Below, one piece after another: positions 31,212 to 40,874 of a stretch of 64,000 nucleotides of DNA (position 1 is the stretch's first letter; each line of letters begins with the position of its first letter). The stretch covers positions 96,001 to 160,000 of the IMG/VR virus record IMGVR_UViG_3300036770_006954; one strand, written 5' to 3'. A program made the translations under genes and the position numbers. Under the pieces are notes generated by a model. The model saw nothing but the letters and a program-made list of their open reading frames with translations, made no database searches and was not told the origin of the DNA. This stretch comes from a virus.

Positions 31212-31901
31212 ATGAGGGACATTATACTCAAGGTATTAAAAGAAGAAGTTAGTAAAGGGAAAGTAACTTGCGACAACTGTGGATGGTCTTGGAAACTATC
31301 AGAGGGGGGTCATGACCCTTACATTTGTCATCAGTGTAACCATAACAACGAACCCAAAAATTTAAAAGAATCTTACCGACACCCCAACCCGGAAAGTTTT
31401 AAAAAATACTTCAAATTGGTGAAAACATATTGGGATAAAGTAGGTCTCACTAGAGATTCAGAGGAAAAGGCAAAAAAATACATTTTGGATTCTACACTAT
31501 CATTCCCGTTTGTTTTGGCATATCTTGGTGGCCGTGAAAAATTTTTGGAAACAATTTCAGATAAAATTATAGGTAAAATTTTTGAGTGTGAGTATTGTAT
31601 TGGATATAACTTCAAGTATTATGTCAATGAGATTTCATTGGACGAAAACATGCATTATAGGGAAATTAATGTGAATGCGGTTATTGACACGACTTCTTTA
31701 TCAGGAAGGACTTATAGCTACGAAGATGGATTTACAGATGTAGACTACAAAAAATTATCGGAATTGGAGGGCTCAGAATTTTATTCTGATGTACTTCAAG
31801 AAATTAAAGCGGAAATGAGTGATGATTTAGAAAAAAAGATTGACGCACCATTTGAACTTTACATTGAAGTTGAAACCTTAAAGTTCGAGACTTTCGATTA
31901 G
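31212..31901 (+). CDS. zinc-ribbon-containing late protein
   Basis: CDNCGWSW...YICHQC; late motif upstream. Confidence 0.55.
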   Translation: MRDIILKVLKEEVSKGKVTCDNCGWSWKLSEGGHDPYICHQCNHNNEPKNLKESYRHPNPESFKKYFKLVKTYWDKVGLTRDSEEKAKKYILDSTLSFPFVLAYLGGREKFLETISDKIIGKIFECEYCIGYNFKYYVNEISLDENMHYREINVNAVIDTTSLSGRTYSYEDGFTDVDYKKLSELEGSEFYSDVLQEIKAEMSDDLEKKIDAPFELYIEVETLKFETFD

Positions 31902-32725
31902 AAAACCCACCGATTAGTTTGAGGTTTCAAATCTTTTTGATGTTTACGATAACCCAATTTTTCAATCATCTTCCTACCCATTTCAATACCATTGAAAACA
32001 TCTTCTATTACAACATATTCGTTAGGTGAGTGGTAGTCGTAGTACCCGATAGAGAAATTAATACAGGAGATGTCAAATTTACCCCGTATAGCCCATACAT
32101 CTGTGTAAGGGTGAACCATATATTCCAAGTCTTCACCAATACCCTCAGTTAATATGTTGTTACAAACATCAAAAAACTCAGACTCACGGTCAAACAATTG
32201 TTGACCCCAACAGTACTCAGTCACCATCCAATTTTCAGGGGCATCAAACTGAATACCATAACCAACATTTTCAAAAAACTCGGCACTCGCCTCTTTTGAG
32301 CCATGACAACCCGTTTCCTCGGAAACAAAAAACGCTGCCTTTAGATTGGGTAATTCCTCCAACAACTCCAAACAAGCAAAAACACCAGCTTTGTCATCAC
32401 CACCAATTCCTGTGGGTTGTCCATGGTCGTTATATGCTTTGAGTGAAGGTCGTTGTTCTCCTTGAGCATTAACCAAAAATTCCTCACGAATATTAATTGG
32501 TCCCAATCCATGCACGGTGTCGGTATGGGAAATCACACAAGGGAAATATTCAATATTTTCATCGGTCTGTTTTGTCGCGTAAACATTGAGGTGTTCATCA
32601 ACAAAATAAGGGATTTGTTTTTCTTTGAGCCACTCACAAATAAACTCGACCATCATACCCTCTCGGTATGTTGCGGTTGGAACGGATAAGACTTTCTTTA
32701 AGAATTCAATTTTACTGTGAGTCAT
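31898..32725 (-). CDS. M20/M28-family zinc peptidase
   Basis: SHTDTVH, GGDDKAG, SEETG, QFD, YHSPNE. Confidence 0.85.
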   Translation of the reverse strand: MTHSKIEFLKKVLSVPTATYREGMMVEFICEWLKEKQIPYFVDEHLNVYATKQTDENIEYFPCVISHTDTVHGLGPINIREEFLVNAQGEQRPSLKAYNDHGQPTGIGGDDKAGVFACLELLEELPNLKAAFFVSEETGCHGSKEASAEFFENVGYGIQFDAPENWMVTEYCWGQQLFDRESEFFDVCNNILTEGIGEDLEYMVHPYTDVWAIRGKFDISCINFSIGYYDYHSPNEYVVIEDVFNGIEMGRKMIEKLGYRKHQKDLKPQTNRWVF

Positions 32726-33860
32726 GAGATAATATTTTACGCAAAGATAGTAAAATATTCTTTGATTCCAAAGTCAGCTCATAATTGTGGTACCAGTTGT
32801 AAAAATTCTGAGGGGATATTTTTAGTTCATCACTACCCCATCTACGAATCGGTAAATCAGAATATCTACCGTCTGTTACCTTATTAACAAAAAGAATGAG
32901 TTTATTAGAACCCGCGTCATAGTGACTTATCGCGAATCTGATATTCTTCTGTGGCACATTGATGGGTTTACCCGTTCCGAATTGTTTTAATATTTTTGTT
33001 AAAATTTCTGTTCTCTCAGGTGAAACTTCCTCATTTACTTCCTCAAGCAAGTCCGTAATCATTTGGTTAGTTTCCGAAACATACCTCGGATTTTTCTTAA
33101 ATTCATTAACATCAATGTTCCATCTTTCTTCTTCCCAACCCCCAATTTTTTTTCCTCGAGTCAATCCATTCATTGCTGAATAGATACTTACCGAATCTGA
33201 TTGTCCTTCTTCTATATTGGGATAAATTTTCATCAAATAGTATAAATTTCCTGCAGGTATAGATACATTGAAATAATTACTATATTTCTCATCGGTTTCT
33301 ATATTCACACCATAAGGTCCTAATACCTCACTCAATTGATTTGATATCAGTTCCCCCATTTTTTCGGTGAACTCCTCATTTTGATATTCATAAATGACAT
33401 CTAAAATTAGATTAATTTCTCTGGAATACGATTTTAAGATTGTTTCGTTGATAGTCCGAGTATTACTGTTTGCTGTAAAATTTTCGTTGAACTTCCGATA
33501 CAATTTCAAAATCATCTGATATTCCTCTCCGTTTCTATCGAAATAATCCCCAAGGAAAAAATCATTCTCCGCCATCCTATCATCGATGAAATCAGAACTT
33601 TCATACTCCATTGTACCCCCATCCAAAAACCTAGATATCCACCAAGAATCATACTCCTCTAAATTAAAAAAATCGTCTAACTCATTACCATCCATTTTGA
33701 ATATAAAAATAGATTTTACCCTATTGGAATTTTCTATGATTTTATCTACCATGCTCTGTGAAACAACATCTTGCGCCGATACTCTACCCTTGATGTAGTC
33801 AAAAACTAACTCAGGGAAATCTTTTGTTTGTTCTAAAATTATTCTTCGGGACTTGTCCAT
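32712..33860 (-). CDS. hypothetical late protein
   Basis: 382 aa ORF, late motif upstream. Confidence 0.55.
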   Translation of the reverse strand: MDKSRRIILEQTKDFPELVFDYIKGRVSAQDVVSQSMVDKIIENSNRVKSIFIFKMDGNELDDFFNLEEYDSWWISRFLDGGTMEYESSDFIDDRMAENDFFLGDYFDRNGEEYQMILKLYRKFNENFTANSNTRTINETILKSYSREINLILDVIYEYQNEEFTEKMGELISNQLSEVLGPYGVNIETDEKYSNYFNVSIPAGNLYYLMKIYPNIEEGQSDSVSIYSAMNGLTRGKKIGGWEEERWNIDVNEFKKNPRYVSETNQMITDLLEEVNEEVSPERTEILTKILKQFGTGKPINVPQKNIRFAISHYDAGSNKLILFVNKVTDGRYSDLPIRRWGSDELKISPQNFYNWYHNYELTLESKNILLSLRKILSHDSQ

Positions 33861-33901
33861 ATCAATATAAATACTTATATTTGTAGTGTTCTTTGAAATA
33901 T

Positions 33902-34309
33902 GGGGGTGACCGGTATTGATTGGCAGAGTTAGTCATACGGGGCATGCGGTGAGATGTTTCCTATCACCTAAATCTATGGATGCAAAAATCAAACGGCGAA
34001 ACTTTCGCAAAACTCGAGGCTGTGGGTCTTCTCGCAGCTGAGGAAGTTACTGTAGCCTAAGGCTATATTAACAATGGGTCGATGGACATATAACCTTGAA
34101 ACAGAAGTCCCTACGGTGTGGTTTCTACCTTAAAAGGAATGGAGGTCATGTTTGGTGTTCTACCGATTTGAGTGAACACCCCACAGTTGTTGGTGACGAT
34201 GGTAAAATAGAAACCAAATAGTTCGGAGGGTGTGAAAAACCCTGACCTAAGCATGTAGTCCTTTATGGGTAAACTGAGCAAGACGCGGGTTCGATTCCCG
34301 CCACCTCCA
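33902..34309 (+). ncRNA. ssrA: tmRNA; predicted tag (A)GETFAKLEAVGLLAAEEVTVA
   Basis: GGGGGTG/CACCTCC-A acceptor with G3:U, T-arm GCGGGTTCGATTCCCGC, tag ORF 33995-34060. Confidence 0.93.
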
Positions 34310-34328
34310 CTAATTTTGTTGGTTCGAA

Positions 34329-34389
34329 AACCCCCCACTGTCACTATAGGAAATGAAAGATACTCGTGGTCAGTGGGGGTTTTCTTTTT
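34329..34389 (+). terminator. long hairpin terminator after tmRNA
   Basis: CCCCACTG...CAGTGGGG followed by T-rich run. Confidence 0.6.
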
Positions 34390-34448
34390 ATCACTTGACG
34401 GATAATTATTATGGATTATAATTCACTAATAAAATTATAAGATTCAAA

Positions 34449-34634
34449 ATGAAACACATCATCGCATCTGTTTTCGCTTTGGCTGTCTTGGCTTCTTGTG
34501 CTAACGAGACCGTTGAAACTACTGTTGAAGAAACTGTAGACACAACTGTTGTAGTAGAAGAGGAAGTTGTAACTGAAGAAGTTACAACTGAAGAAGTTGT
34601 AGAAGTAGAAGGAGAAGAAGCATCGGCAGAGTAA
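34449..34634 (+). CDS. small lipoprotein with acidic E/V/T tail
   Basis: Signal peptide with LASC lipobox. Confidence 0.75.
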   Translation: MKHIIASVFALAVLASCANETVETTVEETVDTTVVVEEEVVTEEVTTEEVVEVEGEEASAE

Positions 34635-34707
34635 TTTATTTAATACTCCCGATTTAAAGGGTCCTTGGACCCTTTTTTTATTGAATAAAATTTCATATAT
34701 TTGAACT

Positions 34708-35103
34708 ATGGGAACACATTGTGATATTTGCAGTTTTAAATGTTGGGGACAAGAAGGCTACGATGGTAGTTGTTGTCAAGTCGAAGACCGAGATTATATT
34801 ATTGGTCCACACGATGATGTAGAACCCTTCTTGGAACGTTTGTCCGAAAGATTTGGTAGAAAGGTAGAGTTCAATGAAATATTTTACACTTATGAAGAAG
34901 GTTCTGTACTTTTTCCTGAAAAAAAAAGTTGGCAAAATCCCAATTCATATCCTGCTTTGAAAATTGATTTAGAAAAAAAACGTAAACCTTGCGTTTTTTA
35001 CAACACAACGTTGAAGTCATGTTCTGTTTATTCTATAAGACCAAACACTTGTAAAGATTACCATTGTGACCATCTTTATCGGGAGTTATTGATGAGGCAA
35101 TGA
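34708..35103 (+). CDS. YkgJ-like (CxxCxxCC) Fe-S/zinc protein
   Basis: CDICSFKC...SCC, PCVFY, CSVYSIRPNTCKDY. Confidence 0.75.
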   Translation: MGTHCDICSFKCWGQEGYDGSCCQVEDRDYIIGPHDDVEPFLERLSERFGRKVEFNEIFYTYEEGSVLFPEKKSWQNPNSYPALKIDLEKKRKPCVFYNTTLKSCSVYSIRPNTCKDYHCDHLYRELLMRQ

Positions 35104-35660
35104 ATCATGAATTTAATTTTCTTACTGATTATTGGGAAGGTACACTGCAATATGGTGAGTTTATCGGTCATAGTTGGCTCGCTATAGGAGGCCCCGAACA
35201 TCCTGTGATAAAAAAAATAATAAGTGAAATTAAACAAATACCAAATATTGACCATTTTGATGTTTATATTTTGGGTGGTATTTTAGAAGGTTGGATTACG
35301 TGGGACTTGGATGTAGTTGTTACGGGTGAATTGAAACCCAACTATCTAAAGAGAATACTTAGGGATATTGCTGCAATAGGATTCGACAATAAATTTTATA
35401 TTGATGCTGTATTCAAAGAAAAACTTTGGAGAATAGATTTAATGACACTAGAGAATCCAATGTATGATGAGGGTTGGGTTTGGGAATATTCAAATTTTAT
35501 AAAAAAACAAGAAAAATTAATTCAAAAATTTAAATATTATCCCCAAGACGGACTATTCAAAAGATATTACTACTTACCCTTTCCTAAACATTTTGAAAAG
35601 TTAAAACAAGGATATAGGTATAAAAAACCCGTTCAAATAGTTGTCAAAAAGGAATTATGA
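35100..35660 (+). CDS. minimal nucleotidyltransferase-like protein
   Basis: VYILGGILEGWITWDLDVVV (hG[GS]...DxD). Confidence 0.5.
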   Translation: MNHEFNFLTDYWEGTLQYGEFIGHSWLAIGGPEHPVIKKIISEIKQIPNIDHFDVYILGGILEGWITWDLDVVVTGELKPNYLKRILRDIAAIGFDNKFYIDAVFKEKLWRIDLMTLENPMYDEGWVWEYSNFIKKQEKLIQKFKYYPQDGLFKRYYYLPFPKHFEKLKQGYRYKKPVQIVVKKEL

Positions 35661-35680
35661 CTTATATTTATACCAACATT

Positions 35681-35767
35681 GGAGGTTTGGCAGAGCGGTC
35701 GAATGCACCTGACTTGAAATCAGACGTACCTGTGAAGGTACCCGGGGTTCGAATCCCTGAGCCTCCG
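35681..35767 (+). tRNA. tRNA-Ser(TGA)
   Basis: Cloverleaf, loop CTTGAAA, long variable arm. Confidence 0.93.
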
Positions 35768-35823
35768 CTGAAAAAAATATTTGAAACTATGAAAATTGTT
35801 TCTTATATTTGTATCAACAAAAT

Positions 35824-35896
35824 GCCTCCGTAGCATAATGGATAATGCATCGCACTTCTAATGCGACGACTACTGGTTCGAGTCCAGTCGGAGGTA
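35824..35896 (+). tRNA. tRNA-Arg(TCT)
   Basis: Cloverleaf, loop CTTCTAA. Confidence 0.93.
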
Positions 35897-35904
35897 CAAA
35901 ATTT

Positions 35905-36081
35905 ATGAAACCAAGTCGAGAAGACATCAAAAGAAATCGATATAATGGTATAGCCCCTGAGGGGTATACCCTTGTACGAAACGAGGTTCTTGAAGAGTTA
36001 AAAAACTTCGATACTTGGAAGTCATGGAAAAATGAAGAAATTTCCCTCTACGACATAGATAAAAGGGATATTTCCGAGTAA
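35905..36081 (+). CDS. small hypothetical protein
   Basis: ATG ORF MKPSREDIKR between tRNAs. Confidence 0.45.
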   Translation: MKPSREDIKRNRYNGIAPEGYTLVRNEVLEELKNFDTWKSWKNEEISLYDIDKRDISE

Positions 36082-36111
36082 AGTTCTTTGTCTTAACATA
36101 TTTAAAATAAA

Positions 36112-36184
36112 GCCACAATAGCTCAGTTGGTAGAGCTGCTGATTTGTAATCAGCAGGTCGGGGGTTCGAGTCCCTCTTGTGGCT
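36112..36184 (+). tRNA. tRNA-Thr(TGT)
   Basis: Cloverleaf, loop TTTGTAA. Confidence 0.95.
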
Positions 36185-36336
36185 CAAATACCCCCTTTCT
36201 AATGAATACCGAAATTATTAATCCAACCGATGTACTCTTCCAATCAGGTCAAGTAATTGACAAAGGTCTATGTGAAGTGTATAATTGTGAATGGGATAAT
36301 ATCCATGGTGATATTGTCTTGTTTGTGTAAACAAAA

Positions 36337-36409
36337 GCAGAAGTAGCTCAGTTGGTAGAGCTATAGCCTTCCAAGCTATAGGTCGCGAGTTCGAATCTCG
36401 TCTTCTGCT
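36337..36409 (+). tRNA. tRNA-Gly(TCC)
   Basis: Cloverleaf, loop CTTCCAA. Confidence 0.95.
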
Positions 36410-36619
36410 CAAGGTAGACCTTCAAAAGGGCCCTTCCGTATTTATACGGCTAGTTGGGCCCGGGTCTATTCTTAAATAACAGTACCTCGGAGGCTTCCCG
36501 TGAGAACAGCTCTCTTATCCTGAGGTCTTATAGTGATACAAGTGAATAGCCTAAGGCATAAGCTATAATCACACCCCCATCCTCTCTTCGGAGGACGCTT
36601 CAAAGATGATGGGGTTTTA

Positions 36620-36695
36620 GTCGAAGTAGCTCAGTGGTAGAGCAGCTTTCTTAATTGAAGGTGTGACGCGATAGGTTCGATTCCTGCCTTCGGCT
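36620..36695 (+). tRNA. atypical tRNA-like RNA (8-nt loop CTTAATTG)
   Basis: GTCGAAG/CTTCGGC acceptor, normal D arm, weak T stem. Confidence 0.6.
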
Positions 36696-36725
36696 CTTAA
36701 TTACTCTAAAGACTATTTATAAGAC

Positions 36726-37364
36726 ATGGATGGTCGTTTACTTAAAGAAATCACACAGATAAAGAAACAAATTTCTTTACTCGAGGATTATGTTCGTGTT
36801 GGAGAAACTAGTTTTTCTTTTATTACCACAGACAATGATGACACCAAAACCGATAAGATTAATAGAGCTCTTTTGCAAGACATCAACACCGCAGCCAAAA
36901 ATGCCGGTGTGAAAGCCGTAATTACAACAGCAGTATCGGGTCATTCAGACAAAACTATTTCAGGAAGAAGAAGTAGACACCCCGACAGTAATGCGGTTGA
37001 TATTTCAATCATCAGTGGTGAAAAAGCTCAAGGGGCTAGTAGCAATAATTCTGGTAATCCAAAGTTTAAAGAACTCGGAGACAAATTGGTAGATGAACTG
37101 GTAAAGTTGGGATATGTGTGGAACCCAAATGACGAAAGTGCAAATCAAAAAGCAATTTTTTGGCAAACAGATACAGGTGGCAACCATTATAATCATATTC
37201 ATGTCTCTAATATTACCGATGCGGCAAGTGAGGAATCAGAAACTGACAGTACTGATTCTACAGATGCTGGTGTAAAAGATGGACAGTTTCAACAGGAAAA
37301 ACCGTCTTTTGATATCTCACAAGCTTTGAAGTCTTTCGAGAAGTTTAAAGATATTTTTAAATAA
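36726..37364 (+). CDS. M15-like zinc peptidase (peptidoglycan hydrolase candidate)
   Basis: SRH...AVDI...HYNHIHVS; late motif upstream. Confidence 0.65.
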   Translation: MDGRLLKEITQIKKQISLLEDYVRVGETSFSFITTDNDDTKTDKINRALLQDINTAAKNAGVKAVITTAVSGHSDKTISGRRSRHPDSNAVDISIISGEKAQGASSNNSGNPKFKELGDKLVDELVKLGYVWNPNDESANQKAIFWQTDTGGNHYNHIHVSNITDAASEESETDSTDSTDAGVKDGQFQQEKPSFDISQALKSFEKFKDIFK

Positions 37365-37368
37365 TTTG

Positions 37369-37454
37369 TGGAAGGTGAGGGATTCGAACCCTCGCGGCTG
37401 TTACACCCTAACGGTTTAGCAAACCGTCCTCTTCGGCCACTTGAGTAACCTTCC
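37369..37454 (-). tRNA. tRNA-Ser(GCT)
   Basis: Cloverleaf, loop TTGCTAA, long variable arm. Confidence 0.93.
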
Positions 37455-37619
37455 TTACATTAAATCGGGATTGTCATCATCACCATCAGATAATGTATTT
37501 AAAATGCTTGGTAGAAATAATGCCATCAATGACCACCAAGGATTACTGAAATGATAAATAATATATCCTATAAGGGCTATGTATGCAAGTCCTAAAATAA
37601 GAATGGCGAAGTGTTTCAT
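37455..37619 (-). CDS. small membrane protein
   Basis: MKHFAILILG..., two hydrophobic segments. Confidence 0.5.
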   Translation of the reverse strand: MKHFAILILGLAYIALIGYIIYHFSNPWWSLMALFLPSILNTLSDGDDDNPDLM

Positions 37620-37906
37620 TTTTCCCAATTCGAAAATTTTAATCCCCACATAAGACAAATCATAGCCATTTCTTTTGCCGCCCAAGTTTTATTATATCGG
37701 AACCTTTTTTGGATTTCCTGAATTCCCCAGTTTTTCCACTCTTCATTTTGTTCGACAGTCATAGTCCATTGAGTGAACCAATCGTCTTTTCTATCTTTGA
37801 TATCTTGGAAAGTGACCTTATGACCGGCAATCTCAAACATTTTGTTGATTGAGTCTTCAATAAATAAGTCTTTTTTTTCCGACTTAGTTAATCTTTTATT
37901 TGTCAT
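37616..37906 (-). CDS. hypothetical protein
   Basis: 96 aa ORF, coupled. Confidence 0.6.
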   Translation of the reverse strand: MTNKRLTKSEKKDLFIEDSINKMFEIAGHKVTFQDIKDRKDDWFTQWTMTVEQNEEWKNWGIQEIQKRFRYNKTWAAKEMAMICLMWGLKFSNWEK

Positions 37907-38493
37907 TGCAAAAATTTTACAATTTTATCTTTAATACCCGATTGTTTGATACCTTCCCAAGACTTTGGTGTTAAAACAAAGTTTGTAAGACCTGGTTTGG
38001 CATCTGAGCCATCACGAGCTGAAAACTGTGCAGATAAAAACTCAACGGACATATTCAAATCATCAACCGCAACCCAATGAGTTACCTCGGGATGAGATTC
38101 CAACCAGTGTTGAATTTCCATACTTCTCTCAAGCTCTAATTCCGCTCTGAACCGTAACTGTGACCACTCAGAAGGAAATAAATCTTTGAACATTCCTGTT
38201 GTATCAATTGGTCGTTTGATAACTCCTTGAGATAAGTAGTAATCACCCAACTCTTCAAGGGTTGCGTGGAACCTCCAATCTGAACTCACAACATATTCCG
38301 CGCCCGTTTGTTCAAGAATCTTATTGAAAATTTTTATGGCTTTTCGGTCAAAGTTATCAAAACGAACATGAACGGGTAAGTCATTTGCGGATGTACCCAT
38401 AATTCTTCCTTCTTTTATCTGTTTTTTTCTACGGGAACCCCAGTTCTCTGACAAGCAGATAACACCATCATTGTCTAAGAATATTACTTTCAT
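37903..38493 (-). CDS. HAD-domain protein (Swiss-Army-Knife RNA-repair-like HAD)
   Basis: IFLDNDGV, VVSSDWR, RSMEIQHWL, WVAVDD. Confidence 0.75.
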   Translation of the reverse strand: MKVIFLDNDGVICLSENWGSRRKKQIKEGRIMGTSANDLPVHVRFDNFDRKAIKIFNKILEQTGAEYVVSSDWRFHATLEELGDYYLSQGVIKRPIDTTGMFKDLFPSEWSQLRFRAELELERSMEIQHWLESHPEVTHWVAVDDLNMSVEFLSAQFSARDGSDAKPGLTNFVLTPKSWEGIKQSGIKDKIVKFLQ

Positions 38494-38643
38494 CGGTGTA
38501 TTTCTTTATAATGATTTTCGTAGTAATTTAAAGTCATCAGATGTCCTGATTTGTCATAAACCGCCTCTTGAAAAGTTTCGTAATGGTTAACATGGACGTT
38601 TGATACAACAACCCAATGTAATTGGTCCGACAGGTTTGGTTTT

Positions 38644-38796
38644 TTATTGTACATAGTACAACAAAGATACACAAAAAATTAGAACTAAACTAATAAAAGC
38701 AATTTTATATGCCCCTTGAATTTTGTGTTGTGACCTACCTTGCCAATCCTCTTCGTTCCAAGAGTCTTTCCAATTCCCACTATATTTGTTTGCCAT
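38644..38796 (-). CDS. small membrane protein
   Basis: MANKYSGNW...WQGRS followed by a TM helix. Confidence 0.45.
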   Translation of the reverse strand: MANKYSGNWKDSWNEEDWQGRSQHKIQGAYKIAFISLVLIFCVSLLYYVQ

Positions 38797-38824
38797 ATTG
38801 GTATTTTTTACTTTGTTAAACTTG

Positions 38825-38896
38825 TAGCCCGACGGGGAATCGAACCCCGCTCTCATCCGTGAAAGGGATGTGTCCTGACCGATAGACGACCGGGCC
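38825..38896 (-). tRNA. tRNA-Glu(TTC)
   Basis: Cloverleaf, loop CTTTCAC. Confidence 0.95.
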
Positions 38897-38904
38897 AAAT
38901 TGGG

Positions 38905-38978
38905 TGGACCATGAGGGATTTGAACCCCCGACCCCCTGCGTGCAAAGCAGGTGCTCTAGCCAGCTGAGCTAATAGCCC
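38905..38978 (-). tRNA. tRNA-Ala(TGC)
   Basis: Cloverleaf, loop TTTGCAC, G3:U70. Confidence 0.95.
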
Positions 38979-39021
38979 TATTTGTTATTACAAATATACA
39001 ATAAAAAACTAAAAGACCAAA

Positions 39022-39804
39022 TTAGTTTTTGATTTTTTTATTGAATGTAAAAAGTGGATTTTCACAAAATCGCTGGTCTGTGACATATGCGTTTTCCAAT
39101 CCCATCATCAAATGCACATCTTGGGGATAAGAAATGACAGGATATAATTCTCGTAACATCGCATGAAGAGATAAATGTTCTAACCAAAAATAATTTGTAA
39201 AAACTTTGATATATTTTTTTGGTACTACATTCAATACGTTACCATTAACACGGTTGTAAGTGTTCCAAAACCAAAATTCACTTCCAAGAGATTCCATAAA
39301 AGAATCCCTTTCATCCGTGAAAAATCTATAATCAGTTTCTGCCCAAAGATAATTCATTTTGTTTTCATCTATGTCTAAAGTAGCTAAGCTTTTTTTGAAA
39401 TGAGCATCAGCCCTTACAAAAACATAAATGTCATAGTCAGGTAATGGTTCTTTTAAATTCAGTAATCTTCCACCACTTCTGAAGTTTCCTGGTCCCCACT
39501 TCTCGGGAATTTTGTAATTAAAATATTTTGTAAGTGTTTTTAAATCTTGGGTTGAAATTTCAGAATATTCAATTGGAATTGATTTATAGTAATCTACAAA
39601 CTCAGTATAATACTTGTGTTTATTTGTTATTAAAACGGTATCTACTTTATATCCTAAAGTTTTCAAAGGTCTTACAATCATTTTTTCGTGATTGTCCTTA
39701 TTATCTCTCATATCTACCGAATAAGTGTAGGCACCATCATAATTCAAGACATTTTCTGAATATCCATTTCCAATGTAGATTAATAAACAAGTTTTGTTGA
39801 ACAT
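39022..39804 (-). CDS. hypothetical protein, possibly glycosyltransferase-like
   Basis: 260 aa ORF; YDIYVFVRAD motif. Confidence 0.45.
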   Translation of the reverse strand: MFNKTCLLIYIGNGYSENVLNYDGAYTYSVDMRDNKDNHEKMIVRPLKTLGYKVDTVLITNKHKYYTEFVDYYKSIPIEYSEISTQDLKTLTKYFNYKIPEKWGPGNFRSGGRLLNLKEPLPDYDIYVFVRADAHFKKSLATLDIDENKMNYLWAETDYRFFTDERDSFMESLGSEFWFWNTYNRVNGNVLNVVPKKYIKVFTNYFWLEHLSLHAMLRELYPVISYPQDVHLMMGLENAYVTDQRFCENPLFTFNKKIKN

Positions 39805-39840
39805 ACTTGCAGTAAAATAGGTATTTTTGCGGTAAAGTAA

Positions 39841-40806
39841 TTATAATTCCACATTATAAACCTGCACATTAGGACCCATATCCTCTTCGCCGATGGGAAA
39901 CTCTACTTCTTCCTGAAATTCCTCCCTGTTAAGTCGAACTGCTCGTGCAATTGGAGGTTCTTCAAAAGATTGTAACTTTTCACGGTCTTTATAAAGGGAA
40001 TGAGAAGTTAACCACGCATTTTCATTAAGTTGCCGGTTTGTGAAAGAATCTTTTTCAAACAAGATATTTCTAACTACATCCATAATTGAGTTAGGTAATT
40101 CAGACAACATGGAATCAACTCTGTCGTCAACCATATTCCAAAAACTCAACTCAGTTTCTTTTTCTTGGTTGTTTCTATAATAAACCGCAACTTTTTTTCC
40201 ACTAATCTTATTGATACAATATACAAGTTTTCCATCCTGTGTGTAATTGAAGAAATGACCATGGTAGGTTTCAGAGGCTGTACACCATTTGGTACCATAT
40301 CCGTATTTTTGAGAAGCCTCGGCGGTGAATGGTCGGATAATTAACCATTCATTATCCTCATAATCTTTTAAAACCTGTTTTTGTAGTTTTTTTGAAATGT
40401 TCTTGAGTTTAATTAAACTCATTAATGAGTGGATTTCCGAAATGTCCTTAATTTGTGTGACATCAACATTAGGTAATTGATTGTTTTCGGCGGCTTCCAC
40501 GAAGTTTACCATTGACCTAACCAATTCAGAATCTAAAGAGCCTAAAAACTGATAAATTAAAGGGGTTTGCTCGTCTGAAATATTGTCCAAAACCACATGA
40601 TAGAGTTCACGCAATTCGGTACGAATCTCATATAGATGACCCTTTTTTACATTTCTTTGATTGTAATTTTGGGTAAAAAGTTTCACCATCATCGGTGTAT
40701 ACTTGTTGGTTTTACTTGGGTCAAGCATCATAATAATATCCAACAAATTCATTTTCATGAAATCGGGAGCTTTTTCTACAATATCCTTTCGTTTTGCCAT
40801 AATCAA
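39841..40806 (-). CDS. hypothetical protein (YGxGTKWCTA motif)
   Basis: 321 aa ORF. Confidence 0.6.
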   Translation of the reverse strand: MIMAKRKDIVEKAPDFMKMNLLDIIMMLDPSKTNKYTPMMVKLFTQNYNQRNVKKGHLYEIRTELRELYHVVLDNISDEQTPLIYQFLGSLDSELVRSMVNFVEAAENNQLPNVDVTQIKDISEIHSLMSLIKLKNISKKLQKQVLKDYEDNEWLIIRPFTAEASQKYGYGTKWCTASETYHGHFFNYTQDGKLVYCINKISGKKVAVYYRNNQEKETELSFWNMVDDRVDSMLSELPNSIMDVVRNILFEKDSFTNRQLNENAWLTSHSLYKDREKLQSFEEPPIARAVRLNREEFQEEVEFPIGEEDMGPNVQVYNVEL

Positions 40807-40874
40807 TTAATTTATGTAAAGATAAGAAAGGAACAACTTACAATCAAAGAGTATTTATAATAAGTTATCAAAAA

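Noticed and set aside
36512-36610. SAM-I riboswitch-like ends (CTTATCCTGAG ... AAAGATGA)
   Set aside because: The core GAGGGA/GGCCC, GCAACC and GGTGC motifs are absent and local hairpins explain the sequence.
36620-36695. Ochre suppressor tRNA or genome recoding
   Set aside because: TTA is not at positions 34-36, and core genes are intact under the standard code with TAA, TAG and TGA all used as stops.
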